Origin: Perkinsus chesapeaki ATCC PRA-425
Taxonomy: Eukaryota; Protista; Perkinsozoa
Direction of reading: 5' to 3'
Assembly (NCBI GenBank): GCA_013115145.1
Contig: JAAPAO010000022.1
Coordinates: 67,444 to 131,443, forward strand
DNA length: 64,000 nt
How positions within the stretch are numbered: the stretch's first letter is position 1; the number at the start of each line of letters is the position of its first letter. The notes under the pieces are model-generated. The model worked only from the letters and a program-made list of their open reading frames with translations, made no database searches and was not told the origin of the DNA. Positions 1 through 8,791 of this stretch are shown here, one piece after another. A program made the position numbers and the translations under genes.

Positions 1-950
1 CGATGCTGCCAAATTTTTCTTCAAGAAAATCAACAAGCAGCAGGCTATGAACCTTGCCAGAACTAGATTTTGGTATCCGAACTCAGGGCTTTAGTCTTCG
101 ACAGTCGGAATTATAAAAGGGAGTCTAAGGATACTACTCAAGAGTCTCGAGGGATCCGGTTGATGATATAGTGCTCACTGATTTCGCTTCTTGATGATGG
201 CTGCTTTGGGACTAACCCGCGAGCCCTACATGCTCAACAACTGCAAGTCTGCGACAGCATTACTCTTGGTAGCAGTCTGTAACTGTAACTTTCAAGAATC
301 CTTTTCGCGCTCAAGGCCACCGATTCGGCGAGTAGGCAAATCATTTTTCGCGGATAGGGACATCAATTTCATGAAGAAGAAGGACTCCTTCTTCTAGGAG
401 TACAAATCCACGGACAAGGACAACAATTTCGGGTTGTACTTTCAAGTATACAACTACAATGAATTTTTACACCAACTACTATCGTATCAATTACTGACGA
501 CTGCACTTAAAGAAAGCTTCTCTTTACGAAGAATAGTTCGCTTAGCTAAATTCCTTGTTCAGCCAAAGTGAAACAAGCGTTCTGTTTGGCAGTGCCAAAC
601 TGGTATTCCTGTATCATGCTAGGTATTGCTATTTTTTTGCGGAAGGACACGAGTTAGTAACTCATGGACCGTGAGTTTGGAATCCAAACTTTGGATCACA
701 ATTAGCCCAATAACCGAGGATCTCAAGGCTAATTAGGGTACTGGATCTTTCGGACTTCTCGAATCGTGGAGGTGAAGGCAGAGAACCCTTCTGCCGTTTT
801 GACGGTTGACCATCGCTCGCCTCTCTCCGACCAGGCCTTTGTCGAATTATTCACGAACCTTCGTAAGATCTATGCAATCAAGGTCCGTGAACTTGAAGTT
901 GCTTCGAAGTTTGGTGAAGTTACTCCTAGGGATTCAGCCAAACACAGGGT
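1..950 (+). pseudogene. Degenerate coding-like segment with in-frame stops and frameshifts; member of a locally repeated family
   Basis: Frame 2 reads as protein interrupted by several stops. The peptide CNCNFQESFSRSRPPIRRVGKS (about 265-330) recurs at about 3700-3760 as CNYTFEYISRLRPPIWRVGKS. DKDNNFGLY (about 415-440) recurs at about 4345-4372 as DKDINVGLY. Confidence 0.35.
676..695. repeat. Inverted triplication TTTGGA-a-TCCAAA-c-TTTGGA
   Basis: Read directly; exact 6-1-6-1-6 pattern. Confidence 0.95.
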
Positions 951-1054
951 TTAACGAAGAACGTCAGGATGACGCCCGTCGGACGAGTAAATCCGGTATA
1001 GTCACTATACCAAAATCACTGTACTGTAGTGAGAACTCACAATATGATGACATA

Positions 1055-1078
1055 GCCGTTACTAACGGCCCGTTAGCC
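1055..1078. repeat. Inverted triplication CCGTTA-c-TAACGG-c-CCGTTA; inverted homologue of 4430-4453
   Basis: Read directly. Its reverse complement matches 4430-4453 at 21/24 positions. Confidence 0.95.
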
Positions 1079-1425
1079 ACGAATATTGGCACACTGGCGG
1101 CCCGTGTGTGGGATCTCCACGTTTTGAAAGCGCCGGGACCAATATAATACGAATCGGTTGTTGTTTGCGGCTCCCAGAGTAGTTCCACTGGATGAATGAG
1201 TGAATGGCTATCTGATCGCCCGGTACCCCGATCGGAGAACCAGACTGGTTCTTCTTAGTCGTCGATTACTCCGGAATAAATGTTTATGGAAGAAAGAGAA
1301 TAATAAGTACTTACAAAAGAACATTCTATAATAATACTAGCTTCAAGCTAAGATATGGGAGTCCCATGATCGAACAGAGATTGTGTGGGACACAGTGGTT
1401 GGGTGATAGAGTGATCAAATCAGTG

Positions 1426-1445
1426 GTGTACCGTACACGGTGTAC
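1426..1445. repeat. Inverted triplication GTGTAC-c-GTACAC-g-GTGTAC
   Basis: Read directly; exact 6-1-6-1-6 pattern. Confidence 0.95.
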
Positions 1446-1551
1446 GCACGGGTGGTGCAACTAGTTGAGTTTGTAACCCAACGCTATCTCATGACAATGC
1501 CAAAAATAAAAGATGAGAAATAAGAACATGAATGACATCTAATCATTACTT

Positions 1552-2667
1552 TTAACCCTCGCTCTTCGCATAAGGAGCTAGTGTTACTGTTCTTCGACCT
1601 TCCCTAATCTCCCGAAATGAAGAAAAGTAGGTTGTGAAAAATGGGCGACCAAGTGTTATGTAGGGTAAGTTGTAGTGTCGTAGTACAAGGTGACACCAAG
1701 TGCCACCACAGTTCTCCGTATACTGGCTAGGAGGGATGTATATAGTTGTATGACTGGTGCGATCACCGAGGGCGAATGCCAGCGTAGGAAAGTACTCATA
1801 TCCCCTCTCTTCGATGAACCATGCACTTCCCTTCGTTACAACGTGAACGTCCAGGCCCGAATCCTGTTTGACAATCTCGGTAATCTTGTTCAATACAAAC
1901 TCGAAGTAGGGCTTGGGTAAAAAAACCGAATATGCACCTGTATCATAAATCACCATACCATCGGGTACTCGTTGCATGAAAGGTCGGCCCTTGGAACTCA
2001 CCAAGGCAAGTGAGAGGAGTGCTGTATTGAAGAACCCGGATGATTTCATTCTAAGAACTATTTTGGGGAAGGCGGTTGGACACTGCTCCTCCCTTAACGA
2101 GCCAAGTATAACCACGCCGGTGAAGTTTTTAAGATCGCTAGGAGCACATACCGATACCGTTTTGTCGGATATAAGATTCTTCAGGAACAGCTGAATCATA
2201 ACGGTCTCATCATATCTATCCATGCGGTATGCAATCCCCAAGTAGTTCATAGGCTTCTCAGTCGGGATTGTCGGACTTGGAGACCATCCTACAATAAGTC
2301 GGAACTTCATCTCGAGCTTATGACCGGCGAGTTCTATAACACCATAATGATAAACAGTCGTGATTGCACTGCCGTCATCGAAATTTATCATGAGCTGTTC
2401 CTCACTGTAGGGGTGGCACTCGTTTATACAAGTATAGCAAGTCTTAGGGGGACATATACCATAGGTCTTCTCATACCAATCTTTATATATAACATGAGTT
2501 CCTATGAGGCCTGAGTCCAAATATAAGTCTAATGGCTGACCATCGAAGGCTATCCCGGTCACTCTATTGCCGCTGAAAGGTAAAGATATCTGACTGCGTA
2601 CCAAATACACCATACTGCTCATGCTTGCCAAATAAATGGCAGTAACCATTAGACTGTAATGGAACAT
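1552..2667 (-). CDS. Secreted pepsin-family (A1) aspartyl protease, intronless
   Basis: 371-aa ORF with a hydrophobic N-terminus, two catalytic motifs (YLDSG and IYDTG), a C-terminal TLGRPFF motif and Cys pairs typical of A1 proteases. Confidence 0.9.
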   Translation of the reverse strand: MFHYSLMVTAIYLASMSSMVYLVRSQISLPFSGNRVTGIAFDGQPLDLYLDSGLIGTHVIYKDWYEKTYGICPPKTCYTCINECHPYSEEQLMINFDDGSAITTVYHYGVIELAGHKLEMKFRLIVGWSPSPTIPTEKPMNYLGIAYRMDRYDETVMIQLFLKNLISDKTVSVCAPSDLKNFTGVVILGSLREEQCPTAFPKIVLRMKSSGFFNTALLSLALVSSKGRPFMQRVPDGMVIYDTGAYSVFLPKPYFEFVLNKITEIVKQDSGLDVHVVTKGSAWFIEERGYEYFPTLAFALGDRTSHTTIYIPPSQYTENCGGTWCHLVLRHYNLPYITLGRPFFTTYFSSFREIREGRRTVTLAPYAKSEG

Positions 2668-3689
2668 CGATTATCAGAGATTTGAAATGATAACACGCTG
2701 TGTATTTACACTATTATTGATAATAAGAAATAAGCGAATGAACTATATTTGATAAATTATTGAATATAACTCATACCCGTATTCCTTAGACCGCCTAAGG
2801 TTTGGACCTCCACGCCGTGGAGCGCACGGTGACCGCGCGTTTTCTAAGCGATGTACTCGAGGTAGCGCCATCATTGTCTATATATCTTAGCCTGTCTACT
2901 GTCCTTTGGCCGTCAATATGACCTGTATAGTTCATATAGTCCTGTATAGCATGAGTCCGACTGCACTCACTGCAGTCATCGCTTCATAGTGCATCGGTAT
3001 TAGCTACGAGTGCGCGATACCCAAGGGCCGCTCCCTCCGTTCAATGGAGTCCGTACGCGAAGGTACTCCTTCTCAACCCATCGAGCGTACCTTCCCAGTA
3101 ACCTTACTAGCGGAGGGGGACGGGAGGGAGGTCCGTGGTTTCCTGCGGGCCACTCGTAACACCGCGCCGACGGGCCCATCGCGCCGAATCGGCGCCGCTG
3201 ATCGGTACCTCTCAATATGGTTGTACGAGAAGGGAGGGGTGGGCGGTAAACGCAAGGCTTGCGTCGCAAGGGCAACCTTGCACAGCGAGTGCTCCACGCT
3301 CCTTCCCTAGTTGGTCGGCTCCTGCAGTGGCCCGTTGGGAACACGTTTGACGGCCAAATAGAAGCCAAACTTTGACCTCTATTTGACCCATCCGGCGTAC
3401 CTTGGTTGCTTCGGGACTCGCTGGGTTCACGCTCCTCCTGGTCAGAACACGCTAATTTGGATGAAATCCATTCAATGAATCACCGAGGGCCAAAGCGAGC
3501 CTACACAGTTGATAGAAACCCCATCCACAGACCAACAAACCGCGAGCACGGATGGTATGGTATTACTTGACAGCGACTCATTTTGGAGTGCAGCGAGCCA
3601 AATCACAGTTACTCGTCTCAGACAAGTCGTCTGGCATAACCAGGCCCTTAATATAATTAAGTTGATTGTACTATCTGGATCGTCGCACC

Positions 3690-3800
3690 GCTCTGCCAGC
3701 CTGTAACTATACCTTTGAGTATATCTCGCGCTTACGACCACCAATCTGGCGAGTAGGAAAATCACTTCTGCGAATAGGGAAATCAATTCAGCGCAGGGTG
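3690..3800 (+). repeat. Diverged copy of the 265-370 segment (degenerate gene-family fragment)
   Basis: cgcgcttacgaccaccaatctggcgagtaggaaaatca versus cgcgctcaaggccaccgattcggcgagtaggcaaatca. Confidence 0.7.
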
Positions 3801-4269
3801 GCCGGTGGGAAGAGAAATAGCAAGTCCTTTCTTCCTCGTATTTTTCATTTCGAAAAATACGAAAATTAGTAAAATCATCGGAATTTTTGCTCAAGTAGGG
3901 TAGAAGTCGTAAATTATGTGCATCATTGAGGTGGAGCATACTACCAAGTCGATATAAGACAATAAAAGCGAAAATTCATGCCGCATGATGCCTCATGCAT
4001 CTCAGCAGACGAGAAAGGAGCGGGTTCGATCGCTGGTGGGGTCATATAAAAGCTCTATATTTGTTCCTTATCAACCTCATGGATACTAGATCCGTGGCGC
4101 CGCCACGGTGGCGGGCGTTATGAACGTATCGCGCTACTTGTAAGAGCCTTCCTACACGCTCTTGTTTTCGGAGTTGCTATTCTTTCTATTTTTCCGAGGA
4201 AAAATAGGCATTCTTTCTTTGAAAAATAGAAATTCTTTCTGAATGTAAAACCGGCCACTCTGATTCAGC

Positions 4270-4385
4270 GGTAGGGGCCGATAGAGAAATCAATTCCGCG
4301 AATAAGGCCACCAATTTCATGTAGGAGGATTGGAATTCCAGGGACAAGGACATCAACGTCGGGTTGTACTCTCAACTACTGTAGT
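4270..4385 (+). repeat. Third diverged fragment of the same family (matches about 340-450)
   Basis: ggacaaggacatcaacgtcgggttgtact versus ggacaaggacaacaatttcgggttgtact. Confidence 0.6.
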
Positions 4386-4395
4386 TAATTAATGT

Positions 4396-4888
4396 AATTG
4401 TGTAACACAATTTATGCGCATCGGAGTTGGGCTAATGGGCCATTAGTAATGGCCCAACTTGGGCCGAGATGCGGTCGCTGGGTGTTTACTTCATACAGTA
4501 TATGTGTTCCTCCGGGGGAGACTGTATTACACAGTCTGTGTAGACAGCATAACGTGCGCTGCATTATGCAGGCTGCATACGGTATGCAACATACTGTGTG
4601 CTGCTAACATACTGAGGCAAGCACACTTGCTGAGGGTACTCCCTCAATTTGAGGGCCTCAACTTGTATAATAAAGAATTTTTGTATACACCACTCGTCAG
4701 CAGCTGTATTGGTATTTTGCGTCCTACCAGTCACATAAGAATTATCCTTGCTTGCAACAATCATTCGAGAACGTTAACTACAGATCTAGCGGACCTAGCA
4801 TTGTTACGATATGATACTGTAACAATGCTGGCATAATCTCGAGGGGATTGGCTCCCTCGGGATAATCCCGACTCGGGATTCCCGAGGG
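4396..4888. repeat. Palindrome-dense non-coding segment: four 6-1-6-1-6 triplications plus other inverted repeats
   Basis: AATTGTGT-a-ACACAATT at 4396; TAATGG chain at 4433-4452; CTGCAT chain at 4559-4578; CCTCAA chain at 4642-4661; 11-bp stem at 4797-4829; TCCCGA chain at 4866-4885. Confidence 0.9.
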
Positions 4889-5177
4889 CATTGGCACCAG
4901 GAGAGACAATGCACAGATTTCCAACCAATTCTGGTCAATAGGGTTTTAATTCAAAGTATAATAGTAACACATCACATTTTAATGGCTGACAGCTCTGAAA
5001 ACGTGTAAACATAGTGGAGGGGATAATGAGCTGTACATCATCTTCAATGAAATGATTAGTCAAGTAATCTGATAACCGTATAATCCATCTTAGTGGTTCC
5101 CTGCATATTGCACGCGAAGACAGAAAGCGGCAAATAATGCGTAACGTCATTTATAGTAGCTAAAGAGGGTGATGATA
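4781..5177 (+). repeat. Segmental duplication copy 1 (non-coding), paralogous to 6925-7242
   Basis: Shared blocks cagatctagcggaccta, ggcattggc, atgcacagattt, catattgcacgcgaagacagaaagcggcaaat and agggtgatgata occur in the same order. Confidence 0.9.
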
Positions 5178-6111
5178 AGAATGACTGATAGGGGATAAGG
5201 CTCAACTGCTCTGCGCAGGCTGGTAGCAGGTGGACTTGACTAGGTTCAGCCTATCAATCTTATACCAAATGAGATCTCGTTCACGTGCTCCATATTTCCT
5301 GAATGCAGAAAGTCAGCTTGGATCTCTATAGACAAGAAAGTCGGAAAAGCTGAGGGTGTTTCAAGATGTGTCAAGATTAACACCGGTCACATTCTTCGGG
5401 GTGAACCATACAGTAACAAGACAATCTAGTTTAATATCTACTGGGTATTAGACTCTCCCGGCAGTTACACATAGAATGGATGCTCTAACTTAATAACTAC
5501 TGTTCGGAGCTGAAGCTTGACACCGATTTTACAAGTTCGAATCCGTGCCCGGACGAACACAATGGAATCCAAGAGTGGTAGGTGGACGGACTTATCCGAT
5601 TTTGAAGTAGAGGGATCGAATCTTTCTCATTGATTCAAAAGTAGAGAAGCCTCTTGGTTCATCATAAGTCGCTCGTGCTGGCAGCGGTGATATAATGATA
5701 GTTGGCGGGGAATAAATACTAAAGTGAATTCACAAGCGATTATATTGTTTGAAGTGAATGGAGGAGACACGATTCCCAAGTGTTGACAGACATAGTGTTT
5801 ACCAGGCCATAAATTGTACTGTCCGAATCTTCGTCTGGGTCCGGCTTAACCCATGAAGAAGTGCCAGCACTACTAGATCCACCTGAAAGACAGCCTGTAC
5901 TCAATCATAGGACCACGCTCCTCTTACCAGTCACTGAGCCTTCAGGGGCATGACATTCGACGGGATCATCGCTGGGACAGCTAGATAAGTCTGACACACA
6001 AAGACTGCCAAGTTTCAGTCATTATCGTCTTCAAATAGTTTCGAGAAACCAAACCTCGAGGACCTGCCCATATCGGCCTGTCTCGTGTTCTCCGAACATA
6101 ATCTTTCATTA

Positions 6112-6846
6112 CTATACGAAACATCCTTCTGTGCACTCCTGCGACTTACTCTTCTCAAAAGTCTCGCCGTTTCCTACGCTCAACTTGAGGACAAGCACAG
6201 AGTCTCCAGTAGACCTCACTACTTCGTGGGCAAAGCAGTCGAAGAGTCCAGGCAGGCTTGCGACAGTTACGGACATTGCGTCTCCTCCATCTGCTGTCTG
6301 CACCAGCAATTCACTCCCTGCAATTCTCGGCCAGATCTGATCAACGTCCTTTCGGATAGTCTGCCAGGAAAAGCCGAGCGTGTTGTAATGAGGGCTGATA
6401 AAAACCTCGTTCCCATATCTAACTTGATACCGATAACGCATCGGCCTCGGGCTATTCTTGGATTCTTCCTTGCCACTCGGTTCCGGACGATCGACCGAAT
6501 GCTTCGGACGCGCGTCAACAGCCACGGTGGGAGTAAGTTTTGCAGCTTTTGGCTGGACGGTCATATTCAGCATCAAATAAAGGCGAGTGCGAGGCCCCTT
6601 GTGTTCCTTTCCAAACATATCGAGCAACAAGTCTACAGTGGACTCTATGTCTTCGCCATCCACATAGCACGTCCGTCCCTTTTCATCATGGCACACGATA
6701 GAGTAGTCGAGGCATTCAAGTTCGGGCCATCTGGTCTCTATTCGACTGACTAGATTGCCAAGTTGCTGGGAGGGAACCCTAACCAGGTAGAGATCAGTAC
6801 CGTATGTGACACGGCAAAGATAGGTAGTGCCTTTGAAAGGCTCCAT
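6112..6846 (-). CDS. Hypothetical protein with two internally duplicated PB1/ubiquitin-like-fold candidate domains (main exon; further 3' exons probable to about 5800)
   Basis: ATG ORF of 244 aa, clearly paralogous to 7574-8536 (RVTY...RWPEL...VCHDE.GR; GLFDCFA.EVVR..GD). The acidic CHDEKG stretch resembles the PB1 OPCA motif (inference). Confidence 0.6.
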   Translation of the reverse strand: MEPFKGTTYLCRVTYGTDLYLVRVPSQQLGNLVSRIETRWPELECLDYSIVCHDEKGRTCYVDGEDIESTVDLLLDMFGKEHKGPRTRLYLMLNMTVQPKAAKLTPTVAVDARPKHSVDRPEPSGKEESKNSPRPMRYRYQVRYGNEVFISPHYNTLGFSWQTIRKDVDQIWPRIAGSELLVQTADGGDAMSVTVASLPGLFDCFAHEVVRSTGDSVLVLKLSVGNGETFEKSKSQECTEGCFV

Positions 6847-6924
6847 TAAGACTTTCCAAAAATTCTATTAACAAGTAGTGCGACTTTCCCTCGCTCCGAG
6901 AGTACGCGTGTTGCACGCACGCGC

Positions 6925-7242
6925 CAGATCTAGCGGACCTAAGGTAGCTACGATATCCCAAAGGCATTGGCAGCACAAGGGACGATGCACAGATTTCGAA
7001 CCAATTGTGGCCAATATTCATTTTTTTTTTCAAAGTATAATAGTAATAACCACCTTTTGATGGCTGACAACTCTGAAAACATTTAATCATAGTGATAATG
7101 AGATTTAAGTCATCTTTAATGAAATGATTATTTAGGTAATCTGATAAGCGCATAACCCATCTAATCATGCATATTGCACGCGAAGACAGAAAGCGGCAAA
7201 TGATGCATGACGCCACTTATAGTAATCAAAAGGGTGATGATA
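6925..7242 (+). repeat. Segmental duplication copy 2, directly upstream of the 6846 start codon
   Basis: Colinear similarity to 4781-5177. Confidence 0.9.
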
Positions 7243-7573
7243 GGTGGGGCAGCTGTCAGGAAGGTTGACCAAGGCATTGGAGGGCGCTGATGACCTACTT
7301 CACACGCTCCACTGTTCCTGAACGGAATGAGAAAAATGAATTAGTTATCTTTTCGGAACAAGATCTCCGCGGGAGCACGGCAATCCACAGGGAAGTTGCA
7401 ACTCAGAAATTCCATGAGATCTCTACTGCATCAAGGTTGATGTGCATGGACTACACGAGTTACCAAGCTGGTGATACCAACAATATGATACCTAACTTCT
7501 CGAACATGGGCAAACCACTAATCAAAAGACTTAGGTAAGTAGACGGTATTTTTCGACAAGGATTTCAATGAGA

Positions 7574-8536
7574 TCATTTCGTTCCAGGGGATGCCGAAGA
7601 GGAGCGGTAGGGCCCGGCGATACCTGAGGACTCAGATCCTTGATTATGTTGTTCCACTGGCATAACCCATGAAGATGTTCCCAGACCGGCGCTGCTGGTC
7701 GACAAGACGTCCTCGGGATGGTAGGAAGCCAAGTCATGCTCTGAGCTCTCGTCATCAGTATTCGAGTCCTTGGCAGTTTGGCATTCTGACTCTTCCTCGC
7801 CCGAAGTAGACTTGGGCCAGCCACAGCACGAGCAGCACTTACCGCCGCCCTTCTCCGGGTCTACAGTCAGTTCGAGAATGAGGATGTAGTCACCATTAGG
7901 CCTCACAACCTCTTTGGCGAAACAGTCGAAGAGCCCATCAACACTCGAGCTCTTTGTGGTCAATTCGTTCCTACTTGAAGAAATCTTCGCACTCGCATCG
8001 CGGCACCGCAGCGGAAAGTTGGTTTGAGAGAGCTCGGGCCAAACATCTTCGATGTCCTTGCGTATATCGTCCATAGAAAAGTCTATCTCATTGTGAATAG
8101 CACTGATGAAACACTCATCACCGCGGAAGATTTGGTATTGGTAGCGAGGCGGCCTTGAGATCTTTGGACCATCATCAGCTATAGTCGGGCTAGCGCACCT
8201 CTCTCTCACTGATCCACCGCCAGGAGTTACCGAACTGAGACTTGTTGACCTCGGTACTACGGTCAAATCGAGTACGAGATAAGTGGAACCGTTATACCCC
8301 TTGCACTCTTTAGCCGCGGTAGCGAATATCGGGTTGATATTTCCTTCACTCACAGAGCATGCCCGTCCTTCTTCGTCGTGGCAAACGAGGCGGTGGTCGA
8401 TTCCGCGGAGTTCGGGCCATCGGTCTTTCAACCGAACCGTCATCCACCCGAAGTTGAGCCTCTGGCCGGTGTCATCTATGTAAAATTCCGACTTATATGT
8501 CACGCGGTAACAATAGTGGAAGTCAGCAGAAGCCAT
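7574..8536 (-). CDS. Tandem paralogue of 6112-6846; two PB1-like candidate domains and a Ser/acidic tail
   Basis: 320-aa ATG ORF that aligns with its neighbour, including the downstream GTSSWV motif. Confidence 0.65.
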   Translation of the reverse strand: MASADFHYCYRVTYKSEFYIDDTGQRLNFGWMTVRLKDRWPELRGIDHRLVCHDEEGRACSVSEGNINPIFATAAKECKGYNGSTYLVLDLTVVPRSTSLSSVTPGGGSVRERCASPTIADDGPKISRPPRYQYQIFRGDECFISAIHNEIDFSMDDIRKDIEDVWPELSQTNFPLRCRDASAKISSSRNELTTKSSSVDGLFDCFAKEVVRPNGDYILILELTVDPEKGGGKCCSCCGWPKSTSGEEESECQTAKDSNTDDESSEHDLASYHPEDVLSTSSAGLGTSSWVMPVEQHNQGSESSGIAGPYRSSSASPGTK

Positions 8537-8791
8537 TTATCCACAATCATGCAGAATGCGTTCTTGAAGGCTGCCACGGCCTCGATTCTATTGTCACGGG
8601 CATGCGTGCTAACTTCCGCACGCGTGCGCTAAGACGAGCAACGGGTGGAGAAACACTGATGGCGTCAGGGTGCTAGGGCTTTTCATCCCGAGATTATCTC
8701 GGGTTCCTTGGCGAGATATGTACTATGACGCGACTCAATTGAGTGCAAGAAAGCTTCATCGAGCCTGCCTCATCATCATGCGGTTCTTAAA

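Noticed and set aside
1-600. Stop-codon reassignment or an organellar genetic code
   Set aside because: All three stop types and frameshifts occur, and neighbouring genes use the standard code. Pseudogene decay is the simpler explanation.
1552-2667. This aspartyl protease as the maturase of the giant EF-hand proteins
   Set aside because: Only proximity supports it. It lies about 10 kb away in a separate repeat-rich zone and lacks evident ASP3/plasmepsin IX-X features.
3000-3450. GC-rich stretch with overlapping ORFs as a retroelement fragment
   Set aside because: I see no RT, gag zinc-knuckle, integrase or transposase motif, so the call is unsupported.
5020-5200. C/D-box snoRNA in the duplicated segment
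   Set aside because: TGATGA and CTGA words are present, but no terminal stem or conserved box spacing holds across both copies.
4935-7216. Short paralogous ORFs 4935-5150 and 6794-7216 as genes
   Set aside because: The similarity is explained by nucleotide duplication. Indels differ between the copies and the ORF ends are not conserved.
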